A stretch of DNA of 64,000 nucleotides from Azolla caroliniana (lineage: Eukaryota > Plantae > Polypodiophyta), in assembly GCA_043228905.1 (NCBI GenBank), contig JBHGNT010000011.1, positions 15,562,001-15,626,000 of the forward strand, written 5' to 3'. The notes under the pieces were generated by a model. That model was not told the origin of the DNA, did not search any database, and worked only from the letters and a program-made list of their open reading frames with translations. The translations under genes were made by a program, and so were the position numbers. Below, one piece after another: positions 27,132 through 39,998 of this stretch (its first letter is position 1; every line of letters begins with the position of its first letter).

Positions 27132-28922
27132 TTATACTGTAACTGTTTCTCCCTTAGATATATCAATTGCAAGAAGCCTTCTTATAGGGGTTCTACATAT
27201 AGGACAACGGTTTATCTGATTCGGCTGTCGCAAGAGATCGGCACATCCACTGCATAGGCACTGCAAGTGATCCACCCGAGTTTAGAATTGATACAAAATA
27301 AAATGAAAACCATTAACCAGATAGTCCCACCACCACCAAAAGAGATAAATGAGGGATGATTTGACCATACAATCACTCAAATAGCACAACAATTGGTCTT
27401 CGGAGAAGGTTACCCATTGGGAAATATCAAAAACTGGAGGCATTCAGGGAAATAAGTAAAACTTGAGGAAATTTCAGAGTTTGTCCCTACAACATAACAT
27501 CTAGCAATGCAGCTCATGCAATATAATATTATGATCTAGATCCACCCAAGCTTAGATCCAGGCAAAAAAATGTTAAACCCAAATAATGATAATAAATATT
27601 GTGTGTAGAAGCATGTTATTTCTCAACTCATCCTCTATTGAACATTCTAAACTCCTTTGTTGTTTCCCCTCTATGTTTGTGGATGTAAGGCTGAGGCTTA
27701 AAGTGAGATCTGAACTAGCTTTAGAAAAATGTACACCCTTTGATCCCTAAGACATTTTGTGTTTTCTAACTTGAAATGGTTGAAATTAAGCTTTCCATGT
27801 TTGGACCAGCAGCTCACAGCGACGAGACAAGCTGAATTTTACCACGTCAAGACTATGTTTTGAATGTGCTAAATCCCATTACACTTACACAACCAAGTTA
27901 CACTGATTAAATGCTTGAATGCACAACGATAACAATAAACAATCAAATTTTCTTAAGAGGGAAATCTGATGATATTTTACCATATGCCTGCAAGGCAACA
28001 CAGTTGTATCCCTTGGCTCAGAAAGGCATACAACACATTCTTTACCGAATTCATTACTATTGATGCCTCCATCAACGGTCTCAATCCCATAGATCTCTTG
28101 TAGTTCATACCTGGTGCCTTCCACCCAAATAATCTGTTTGATAACTTTGACAGAAAATTCACCTTCTTTTTCTTCAAGAATACAATTTGTTGTTTGGGCA
28201 CCAACATGTTTAGGCAGAGGGGCTCCAACTACTTTTGTGTCAATTATTATTGAATTCTCATTTCTGGTTGTTCTTGAGCTCTCACTTGTTTCTGCTCTCA
28301 ATACAAGAGGATAAACCTCGTCTTTGACTTCCAACAAATCAGATAATTCAAAGGCCGACAACTTTACACCTGAACCTGACGGTTGCACGAATTTTTGAGC
28401 TAAACCTTTCTCAAATGGCACCCTCACTGGCTGAAAACGATGTGTATGTGCAATCAAACTAAAATCTGGGCCCTCTCTTGCACGAAAGAAGATTGAGATA
28501 CTGAAAAACGAAGAAAAATGGGTTAGCAAAGCATGTAAGAATGAGATGAGCTACTGACATACATAGAAGAAACATCTATACCTCCCCGAAACAACTGCAT
28601 CAAAAGTGAATGCTACCAAATGGTAGCCTGGGTTTTCCTCATCTCTTTCCAAGTGTACTGTGGATTTGTTCACATTTACCTCATTATGTATAGGCATAAC
28701 TTTCTGCTGGGTAACAGGTGGGCTTGGACCTGATTGCATTGTCATGTGGGATTGTCCATTGGTAGGAATATGAACATGTGGATAATGTTGCATTCTGACA
28801 TCAGGTGGTGGATAGCCACTACTATAATATGGGATATGGCCAACAGGGGTTGTCTGGGAGTGAGGATACCCTGGAGGTGGGCCGTTCTGCGGTGTTCGTC
28901 GATTGAACATCACATTCCCCAT
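27132..28922 (-). CDS. LOG2/LUL (MGRN1-like) RING-type E3 ubiquitin ligase (~329 aa, 3 coding exons)
   Basis: Exons 28922-28582, 28500-27981, 27260-27132. N-terminal MG (myristoylation-type), Pro-rich segment, DAR2-like region (LVAFTFDA, YPLVLRAE, VIKQIIWVEGTRYELQEIYG), RING [27 protein letters not shown]...CPICR. A probable 5' UTR exon has its donor at ~31646. Confidence 0.92.
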
Positions 28923-31825
28923 GGTGTTTAAATAACCTATAACCAAATATTACTATGATGCATCACTCTTTGAATTGTAAGTCTGGTTTAACCATAATAT
29001 TTATGCCAAGAAATATAACAGTATCCCAACTCAAGTTAAATGTTCCAATAAATGAGAACAAAACATGAAACAAAATCCTGGAATCGCAAACTTTTGATTG
29101 CAGGTTTCAAAGCTTAATTGCACATTTAGCCTTTCACTGGTACCACTTACCTTTATGTGATCATCAGCAAGAAACTTCTTCCCCTGGGGAATTCGTAGCT
29201 CCTCAATAGTTCCAGCATGAAATACACATGTAAAAAACAGAATGTTTTTTTCACCATGACCATGCACTTGTCATCAACTTATGGTATGAGAGGTGACACT
29301 ACCTTTATGTGATCATGACCTCCATTCACAAAGACCCACTGGGTATAAATGATTAAGCAAATCTATATCTTCTGAAATTTCGAGGTTAATCTTTAAATTT
29401 TAGTTTATTATAAATACTTAAAAGTCTTGATCTTTCAAAAAACTCGATCGTGTAAATTAAAGAATAGACATTTGTCCCTGCTCTTTTCCATGCTTCTATG
29501 GTTCATTCAGGAGCTTTTACTAAGGAAGCTATAGGTTCCCAAACAATCCAGCAAGAAACATACATATAGAATGAGAAAAGTTCTTGAACTTTGAATATAA
29601 TTACCATCAGCTAACTTCATGATATGTGATATGAGGACATCTAGGGCCCAAAGATTCCAGAGAGAGTCAAGTATTTACAGGTCATGGTTCACCAAGTTAT
29701 TATGGTGGAAGTTTGTAACATCGATGAACTGATCTTTACCTTATGATACGAGAACACTTAGTAACCCAAACATTCCAGAGATGGTTGAATATTCACAGGT
29801 CATGGCTCACCAAGTTAACTTGGAGGAAGTTTATAAGAATGAGCGCTGTTCAAACATACATATAAAGCAGAGGAATGTTATGGGATGTGACCATATCCTT
29901 ATGATATATTGGCAATAGCTAGCCCCCCAGAGATGGTTAACCAAGGAATGGTTAACCATCTCTGAAATTAACTTGATGGTTAACCATTCAACTATTATAT
30001 GATTCCCTGAAATTAACTTGATGATAGATTGTACCAAGGAATGATGTTCTTCACGACTATGAACTTCTCCGGTTACTGGATTGGACGTCGATGAAATTTT
30101 ACAGGGTACATGTTAGATCTTCAATAGTTCCAACATGAAATATGCATATGAAACAAAGAAGAGTTCCCTTATGTGACATAACTTAACTATTGCCTTATGA
30201 TATGAAGGCACCGAATTAAGGCTCACTGAATCTGCCGACAAAGTCCTCCTAAGGCTCTAGAGATGGTTGATTCTTCGACAAGTTAGTTTGGTGGAAGATT
30301 GTAAGAAGGAATGTTCCTCTTCATGACTGTTCATGTACATAACCATTAGCTTTATCATTGCATTACAATATGAAAGCACCAGCCAGCTCCCCTAAGACTC
30401 CCAAGATCGGTCCATCTGAACATTATGGACAATTATAATCATGAAGGTTCTTTCTTTGTAGAAGAAATGTTCTACTTCATTTGTAACAATGATCATTATG
30501 CTGCTTAATGGAAAATGTAACAAGGAGTGCTCTTTTTCATTTGTAACAAGAAATGTTTTTCTTCATTCATGGCAAGGAATGTTCTTCATCATTTTAGCAA
30601 GGAATGAACATCTACATTTGTGACAAGGAATTTTCTTCTCCATCAATATAACCTTCTGTTACAATTTGGTCTGCCAGTGACAGTTTCTTTCTTTCTGAAT
30701 GAGACATTATGGATTGACTATTCAACCATTTTATGACCCACCAAGTCAACTTAGTGAAATGTGTGTAAAAATAAACGTTCTTCATCATGGCCATTTTCCA
30801 ATTCTAGCAAGTAATGCTCCCATTCGTATCTAACAAATTATGATTTTTGTCCATGTTTGACAAGAAACTTTCTTCATGACTGTAACCTTTTACTATTTGG
30901 CATGTCAATGCCAATGTCTTCATGAAAGAAGATTATAAAAAGCTATGTTTCAACCATCATACGAGTCTCCCAGTTAACTTAATGGGAGATTATAAAACGC
31001 AATGCTTTCCTTCATTTATATCAAGGATTTTCGCTTTCTTTCTCATTTCTAACAAAGAACAATCTTCCTCATTTTTAACAAGAAAATGAGCTTCCTCGTT
31101 TCTAACAAGGAATGTAATTCATCATGAAAAATACCTTCTTTCTTAGTATTTGGCATGTCAGTGGCCTTATCTTCAAAAGAAAGAAATATGACAGGTGGAA
31201 TGTTCAGACCATTGTGTTAATTTAATGGAAGATTGTGAAATTGAATTTTCTTCTTAATTTGTAAGAAGGGTTTTTCATCTGTAATAAAAATTCTTCTTCT
31301 TTATTTGTAACAAGGAATTTTCGTCTTCATTCGTAAAAAGGAATTCATTCCTTGATAAATATGAGCATCCCTTATTAGTAATCATGTCAATGGAAATATA
31401 AAACGGGCATGAACAAGAATTTGAACCTTCGTTTGGTTCATAAAAACGCCAAAAACAAAAAACAAGCATTGAAATTACAAATCACAGTCTATGAAACTTA
31501 GCCATGGATTCAAACCTTAAGATACGTATCTCACGGAAACGAAAACGATAAATTTTCAGCATTTAAAACCTAATCTCATAGCCTAAACAGAGAGAGAGAG
31601 AGATGTTATTGAAAGGGAAGTTTTTAAGTATCAGAAGTTTACATACCGATGAAGGAATGCCTGCAATTCCCGATCAGGGTGAAGATGAAGATGAAGATGA
31701 TGGTGATGGTGATGGTGATGGCGATGGCGATGGCGATGGCGATGGTGATGGCATACTGTGTATGCGTGTTGATTTGCGTGTCGGAAAAGATGCGTCGTCT
31801 CTGGAACAAGCTCCTCACTGTTTGG

Positions 31826-31995
31826 TTTCACACGTGCCGGACAGAACGAACCCCCTGGACGAGCTCCACCGCTTTCACACGTGCCGGACAAAAGCAAAAC
31901 GCAAATGGATGGACGGGCGGGCGCCTCCGTTTCACACGCGCCGGACAAAAAAAGGAGCAAAGCCCAAAATGATAACAAGAGAGGCCCAGGCCCAC
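31826..31995 (-). promoter_or_regulatory. Putative promoter of the RING gene: three copies of TTTCACACG(T/C)GCCGGACA plus site-II-like GCCCA motifs
   Basis: 18-mers at 31826, 31873 and 31930; aagcccaa and ggcccaggcccacc at ~31960-31995; just upstream of the putative 5' UTR exon. Confidence 0.55.
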
Positions 31996-33549
31996 CAATG
32001 CAATGCGCTCTCGTCTCACACACACACGGAACTATGTATTCCTCTCCGATTCGCACAACTCTCATTGTAGGAACAAAAAGAGGACCCATGTGTGTTGTGT
32101 TCTCTATCCCCATTCTCTTCGCTCTCGCCATATCATGTACTATTTATTCTTCACACCTTCGTCAGTGAGCCTCTATTAGTTAATAGTATTTGCTGCAATG
32201 AGCTTCCTCATGTTCTATGATCTATCTAAACCTGCACTTATAGACAATCTCTTTTTCTTACCATAGTTGTACCGTGAATCATAGGTTCAATAATAACGTT
32301 TGAACCTATGCTTCTCAAAATAATAATAGGTTGCTTGCCTCTTTAGAGAGGTAATGTTGATACTCTAGACTTTCAATCTAATCATCAACATGCTCTTTAT
32401 AGATATTTCTCAGCACTAAAGTATCATTGGAATCTCCTGTATCATGCACTACTAGTTGTTGGTTTGGAAGAGAGTATAAAGTACTCGGGTGTGTGTCTCG
32501 GATATTGCAACTTTCTTCATTTGATTTGCTCCATCACTAGCCTCATTGCTCAATTTATTCTTCTTTATTTTTTCATTGTTATAGTAATTCTTTTCACATG
32601 CTTCCATCAAATGTTTCAAATGCAATTCACATTAGGTGAAATATATCACAACTTGATCCCCCACACATTTGTCTTGTAGGACTTCTGAATGGTCTCCTAC
32701 CCTCAATACATGTTGCCATGTGTGTGGAAGGTAAAGAATAATATAATAACATAACGCTATCATATGCCATTTTTTCAAGTTTTTAGTATCTATAACATGG
32801 CATGTCTTTCTTTGTAAATATTACCCTTAAAACACATCCCTTTCTATGTGAGCCTACCTTTGATCTTCATCGTTCCCAGTAATGCATTTTTGTCCCTCCA
32901 TGAAGAAGTAGGTACCATGTTGCCATGATAAAATAGTGAAGGGAAAATACTAGGATATGTGGAGAATATAGATATGTATATTTCTTTAGGGAACTAGGTT
33001 TACAAATTGAGAATTATAAAGTTAACCAATAACAATTATCAACCAACACATATTTCTAATTGATGGGAATGTTGGGTAAAGTGGATCCCACAAATCCTCA
33101 CATATCCCCATGGCACAATACAAAGATATATGTGATTTGTGTTGCGTGAGAGGGTCTTGTTGTGGAGTACTTCTTACAAACTAGTGGCTTGTTCCCCAAC
33201 ATATCTATGTTAATTTGAGCCTTTTGTGTCAACTTAGTTTCATTATAGCCCAACAAAGGAACATTAACAAGGATGCATGTGTGCATGTGTATGCTTGCAA
33301 GGACCGTGCAAGTATAATATGTGTAATAGTATAATGTAATGGTGCGCTAAACATTAATACACAAGAATGAACTCATAGTACTATACTTAAGAATATGGTA
33401 TTTTGAAGCCACGAAATTAAAATATTAGAGGCGCTATTTAAAAGGTAGAAGGAAATATTATTGAAATATTTTGCGTAATTTGCTAAATTGTTCTTTTGAT
33501 CCATCTCCATCCACCCAAAGTGTAAAGACATTCTTTCAAGCTTGGACTA

Positions 33550-34030
33550 ATTTTTTATTTTATTTTTTAAACTACACCATAGTTTCCATTACTAATCCAA
33601 AAAGCCTATGCAAGACATATAAGGATACAATGTAGTGGCGGGTAAGATATCCCCCATTATGTCATACTTGACACCAACCTCCACCTATGGAGGAAACAAC
33701 CATCGTGGGGGTACATATTGCCAATCCATTTTGTCATTTCTCTCCACAAAAACTAACAAATCCTTCCATTTGCCTTTAAAGGATTGGTTTCATAAAAATC
33801 ATATCTTCATTACCTGTGAAGGAGTCATATTGACCTTTTAAAATTGAGATAAGCATCGACCGATTTTCCTTCAGACAATGAACAAGATTTTGTTTTATTT
33901 GCTGAAACACATTTTTGCATTGATCTATCCAAATACTCCATAGAACCACCGATGATATCGTAGCCCATATTGTAGCATCCACATTCAAACGATTTGAGCT
34001 TGAGTATGGTATGTCCTTAACTTGGACTAT
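33550..34030 (-). mobile_element. Truncated LINE 3' end
   Basis: IWATISSVVLWSIW..CKNVF...LKGQYD is homologous to the neighbouring LINE C-terminus. A T-rich tract at ~33550 fits a poly(A) tail on the minus strand. Confidence 0.65.
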
Positions 34031-34299
34031 TTGGGTCCTAATCATGATAATTGTGGGGCAAAACTATTTCGTGAATTTATCACTCTTAGAAGCTACCTTT
34101 AAGGGATGTATATTGTATGATAGGGTAGATCTATTCGATCATCAAGAGCCCTTATATGAACAACCACCTTGCTTCATACTATGTCCTCCCACAAACAACA
34201 ATGCAAGCTAAAAGAAGTCAAACTTGAGCATGTTGTGCAGCCAAAACTAACTTCTTATTAATGTCAAAAAATAATGATAACATTCACGTATTATCTTAT

Positions 34300-35560
34300 T
34301 CTTTTCTTCTTTTCTTTTTTTAAGTCAAGATTCATCGTGGTATTAATGAAAAGATGCCCAAAGGCTACAAAGAATCCATACAATAAATTACTACCCTCCT
34401 ACCCACATGAATCAACATGTCTAGTAGCGGAAACCCTCATGCATGGTCCTATCAAGACAGGGGGCGGAAAAAACCATCTTCGTGGAGCATATCTCCATTT
34501 TATTATGTCCCCAAAATAGGTGAAGACCTTTGCCTTTTTCCAAATTTCTTGAAATTGTTGTTGCTTGCGAAACACAACATTAGGCTCACCATGTATTGCC
34601 TCATATTGACCTCTTAGAGTATGCAGGAGCATCAACCATATCTCCTTGACTAACTCAACCGCATTCAGTTTGACATTATGAAATACACACTTACATCTTG
34701 CCTTCCATAATATCCAAACTACTAAACAAGATATCATAGACCAAATATTGTCTTCTTCCAAACAATGGATTGGTGTAGAATATGAGGCCTCCAATACATG
34801 TCTTCCATCGGAGAAGAGAAAAAAATCAACACAATCCCTTTCATAATTCTATATTTCTTCAACCAACCTTTCCCATCTCACAAAACCCCATGTGTACACT
34901 TGTTTACCATAAATAGGATACACAATTCTCAACATTCTTTTCCATACTGCTCTACCTATAGGACATACCCATAAAACATGGTGCACCGTTTCACTAGGAA
35001 AACCACAATTGTCACATTTTTAATCATGGCAATGCCCCTTCATCCATGACTTCAAAGGGGTTTCATAATGTACCAACAACCATCTAAACAATACAACTTT
35101 TCTAGGATTTTGCGTGGCCCATAGCCATTTCCCATAAGCATTCAACTAAGAGTGTCATACATTACCCAAGCTCCAAAATTTACATGTTGTTGGCATAACA
35201 ACCACACACCTCCTTAGCAATTCCCTACCCATTTTTGTTGAATACTAAAAAAATGGGATTTGCTTGCCTAACATTCCTTGTGTTGATATGCTTTGCCATT
35301 TCCATTCATTGGGATCCCACAAAAGTTTTTCAATGGGCTTATTCTCGTAAACCCACGATTCAGATAATTTGTTTATATTATCTCTTAACAGTACGCAATT
35401 TGTATGATGTTCACATACTACAATCCACACATTGAGAGGTGTCCCTTCAAATAAGACTTTCCATCCACTACATTTCTTCTTGAAAAAAAGGTCATTCCAC
35501 TCTTGAGACACTATATCTTTCCCTCTGAAATGGGAAGTACATATGGTACATACTCTTGAA
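34300..35560 (-). mobile_element. Degenerate LINE ORF2 C-terminal region (zinc knuckle) and 3' end
   Basis: KCDNCGFPSETVHHVLWVCP CCHC knuckle (~34960-35020) and VVWILWKARCKCVF. T-rich tail at ~34300-34321. Multiple stops and frameshifts. Confidence 0.8.
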
Positions 35561-35854
35561 AGGTTCTTCCAAGTTCCTTCTTGTTGAAGATCAATCTACT
35601 TTAAGCAGGCTATTCTAATGAGTATTATTCCCCTTCAAAAAGGTATTTCTCTTTATTTAGATTTATTCCTTCAACAATAGCTCCCTCCTTTCACTAAAGA
35701 CATTCCTACTTCATTTGGGCATTTCCACATAAGTTTTTTATTCTTCATTAAGTTTCCCTCTTTTTTACCTTGATTTTATCCGGATGTCATATGACTAGGA
35801 GCGCACCACATTCTCCCTAGTGCTTCAAAAATGTTTGATCACAAATTTTCATGA

Positions 35855-36168
35855 CTTGATCGATCACCGTTTTTTGAACCAATTGCCAATAATAAAGAGT
35901 CTCAAATAAATGAATAACCAATAAAGAGTCTCAAATAAATGAATAACCTAGTGTCAAATTTGAAGTAGTGGAACCTGTGACTTACAAATAAAGGCACCTA
36001 GTGAACAATGTACCCATTTTTAAGTGTCAAAAAAATTGAAACTTGATCAGTCACCATTTTTTGGACCAATTGCCATTAATAAAAAGAGTCTCAAATAAAC
36101 GAATAACCAAGTGTCAATATTGAAGTAGTGGATCTTGTCACTTACAAATAAAGGAACCTAGTGAACAA
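35855..36168. repeat. ~190-bp tandem duplication with an internal short repeat
   Basis: Two copies of acttgatc..tcacc.ttttt.g.accaattgcca..aat.aaagagtctcaaataaa.gaataacc.agtgtcaa..ttgaagtagtgga...acttacaaataaagg.acctagtgaacaa. Confidence 0.8.
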
Positions 36169-37287
36169 AAAAAGGCCAAACATATGTGAAGTTTTTAAAG
36201 CACACTTGAGGGGACAATGTTGACTTGAGCTTGATCAAACCTATCCCTCAACACATCAGAAACTCTATTGAGAAAATATTCTTTTGACTACAAAACTATA
36301 GCTTACTCCATGAAGTAAACTACAATTTAATGTTGAGATAGCATCAAATTACACATTGATCTAATCACCAGACTTTAAGTCCCCATGTTACAAGAAGGGA
36401 GATACATAGGTGCAGTTTTTAGCATTGCAAACCACAAAACAAACACAAGATTATGTGAGATGATGAACATTAAAGGGAAGAACACAACGTGTAAGATTTT
36501 ATATGAGCCATCGTAAACCAGCTTAAAGTGGGGACATGATTAACTAGGGGCTTCATGCTCGGTGGGCATGTTAAAAACGAATAAGAACTCTTGAAGTGAA
36601 ACTCGAGCAATGCTAAAGTTGATGTGGAGAAGATAAAGACAACTTTTTGGACACTAACAATATTGATGAAGCTTCTCCACTAAGAAGTTGGAACGCTTGC
36701 AAGAGGTATTATATTACCAAGTCTTGTAAAAGTAAGGCATTGAGTAGGAATCGACAACGGTTCAGTTTCAGCTTAACCAGTTTGGAGGTTCTCAAACTTG
36801 ATCAAACTGGTTAAGCATATAGGTTTTCCATAGTTTTCCCTAATCTCATGAGGCGTACATGTGGGTTAACTTTGAAAGGAACGAGGGTATGAATTGTAAT
36901 ATTCAATTATATGGTGTGGGATAACTATTGTGTTATCACTTGACCACTTCACATAAAAGTGATCAAAGTGTGAACACACTAGGGCCTAGGGTTTCTGTTT
37001 ATATAAGATGGTTAGCTCTTTTTTTTTTAGGAGGCTTGACTTATGTCGAGCCTATGATAGCGTGGCTATGGCTCTTGTTAGCTAAGCACGTACAATCCTC
37101 GCATGACCCAAGGTACAACCCGCATCAATCCTCGATGATATGGGACATCAAGGAGGTTTGGGTCCGTCTCATCTCATTGCCATGGATGGTCAAGTAGTTT
37201 GACACCCCTCTTTCATTTCTTTGGTCTATAAATCCTTATTTTTGCTTGATTAATTAGTTAGTCTCTAACAAGTTAGGGACCAGTTTT

Positions 37288-37443
37288 GGGCAACGTTTCG
37301 GTTCAGCATGAGACTTGCCAAACCGAGCTCAAGTCGTTTTGGGAAGCTCAAGCCTAAACCGAACCGAACCGTCAAACCACCAAATTGTTTTGAAACAATC
37401 TAACGGTTAGGTTTAGGCTTCAGTCGAGCCTTGCCAACTTCTA
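37288..37443. mobile_element. Short, internally deleted member of the AACCG-rich element at 1885..2581 (inverted)
   Basis: Its reverse complement joins aagcctaaacc.aaccgtta...ggttcggttcggtt.aggcttgag (1909-1989) to ttgagctcggtttggcaag.ctca (2545-2568). A further fragment lies at ~36745-36815. Confidence 0.65.
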
Positions 37444-39998
37444 ACAATGAGGCATTGATATGACCACAAGTCCATCTCTCATGCTTATCGTATCCATGGT
37501 ACGTGGAAATTATTTCATGAGCGTCTTTTAAAACACTTGGTTACTTTAGACATCACTAAAAGTTAGTAATTATTTATATTTTTCAGCTATGGTATTAATA
37601 CAACCGGATAGCATGGAAACAAACTTGTACCATATATATTTAGATAATGATGCAGATTATGAAGACATGTATCTACTATCTAATTAAGTATCTCAAAAGC
37701 ATGGGCATATGTTTTTTATATTAGATGATATTGTGAACAAGCGAGTATTAGAATTTGTGGCCACGTACATTTTCAGCAATATTTGTCAATTACATGGGGG
37801 AAAGGTTAGCATTAAGAAAACGTAGTTGGACCTATACACATTCTAGGTTGATGTATTGTGTTTTGAGCAACAATTGTGAATGTGATGCTCCTAAAAGGTT
37901 TTTTCCATCCCTACACACATGCATATGCATTATGTTTTGCACCTATTTGCTTGTACTTATCAAAAACCTTACCTCATAAATTACTTTGGTGGTCGTTATA
38001 ATGATGGCGTAACCAAATAATTTACACCTATAGGTACATCTTTTTTTAATTTGGAAAATTTTGAAGTCTTCACATGCATGTGTAATGTTAACAAATAATC
38101 TAACCACCTTGATTCTTCTATTGTTTGTGATGTATGAATGTGTAAAAATATATTAACATCAACATTAAGGGATCATTTTGTTACATGCATCACACACATT
38201 CTTCTCAATTGTAATGTTTAAGAGTGGCATTCCTACCAAAGATGGCCTTATAATCGGAACTATGGAGTTGCTAATCTAGTCCATCATTGAACTACTCCCA
38301 AACAACAAATGCCTACAGGGTGGCATGATTCCAATAAGGTTGTATTGGATCTTCCTTTATGTATATTGAAAAAATAAATTTAGAAAAACATGAGTAACCA
38401 TTCTTTGCAAACAAAAACTTAGATGGCATTAAGCCCAAAAATTTGCTCCATATGGAATCACAAAGACATTGCTATGATTACAATAGTCTATTAAAGACTT
38501 ATCCAAGCAATACACCTCTACCTCTTTGTTTTTGGATTAGTGTGGTCAATGCTTTCATTCCTTATGTTTGAAAGATAAACATTGATCTCTTGTTCATTCT
38601 TTGTCAGCTTCAGAGGAATGTTCTCAATCTTTCGTTTGTTTCTAGTCTTCAAAACAACACTGTCCATCCCACCTTTGGTCCTCATCATCTTCACACCTTT
38701 GGTCCTCATCATCTTCACATCGCTGTGGAAAATGCCTCCTTCCTTCCTCATTGACACTCTCATGCTCCCTTCGTGAAGGTGGATTGCATTTTTCTTTTCT
38801 TTTGTGCATGCATATGCAGGTGTGTCGCTATCATGCATATGCTATAATAGATGATCTCTTATTCCGTCCTAGTTTCAATAGTTCCTTGATCCACACTGAC
38901 ATAGAGGAACACACTTGCTCTACAATATGACAATGCATCGTGGTTCGACCAACCAAGAAAGAGAGGTCTAGCTTTCAAAAGGTATGGTATCCAAGAAATA
39001 AATTTGTAGAAATTAGGCATAGTCATCCACATATGGGATGTAGGAGCTCCCCTCCCCCTCCCCCCCCCCCAATTCAAGTTCATGATTATTTGCAATTTTT
39101 GTGCAACATGGATGTTGTACTATTGTTGGCTTGTATAATAACATTTTGAGGTTATTGTACTGCTCCTTAGAACTTCTGAGTCATTTTGAATGACGAGACA
39201 TTGGACTTCCATGCCTCGTGTTAGATGTCATATAACAATGACATAACATATGAAGGCTCGTAGAAAGTGTTTAAAAGAACCACACGTGTCTCCAAGATAT
39301 GCACAACATTGGACGGATAAAGGGAACAAGGCAAAGCTCGCGATCTCTTAAAAAACTGTTCCAACGAGAACCCATTTCTCAGACACCAAAAGTACCACGG
39401 GGTGTCCCTCGTTTCCATACCTAAGGTTGTCTGTCAAACACTATCTCATAGGGACCAGGACAATAAAACTCTAACGGCACCACATACATTCCTTTCGTTC
39501 CAATACCTAAGGTCGTCAAACAACTAACTACTACTTCACAAGGACTAGGCGGAAGTAAAGCTCCGACTGCATTGAAGAGAAACCCCACTTTAAAGCGTGA
39601 CGAAGGTTTCCTAGTGGATGGCTGGTGCCACCTAAAGTTCTCGAGACAATATATATAACAAACCCAAACGAATGTGGCTTCAGGGAGCAAAGAGCACGTA
39701 AAGAAAGAATGTGTATATATATACATATATACTAGTGGGTCCTTCCCCCCAATCAATCCTCAATTCCACTAGTAACTTTCCAAAGGGTTTGTTTTTCCAC
39801 TAAATATAGAAGATATATGAGCTTAATAGCTATAAGGCTAAAGCAACAACACTATAGTATTACTAAATTACACATAATACCCCCCCCCCCCCACCCCCCC
39901 CCCCTACTTCTCCCCTGTTCTTCATCAAAAGAGAAAAAGACCCAATTCACACCCTCTCTTCTTCTTCTTCTTCTTCTTCTTCTTCATCATCATCGACA

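Noticed and set aside
31603-32168. Overlapping 95-166 aa ORFs
   Set aside because: Products of GC-rich UTR/promoter and GATGGC repeats; no domain similarity.
39180-39760. Possible LTR with a polypurine tract upstream of FtsZ1
   Set aside because: A PPT-like run exists, but no TG...CA boundaries or TSD could be established.
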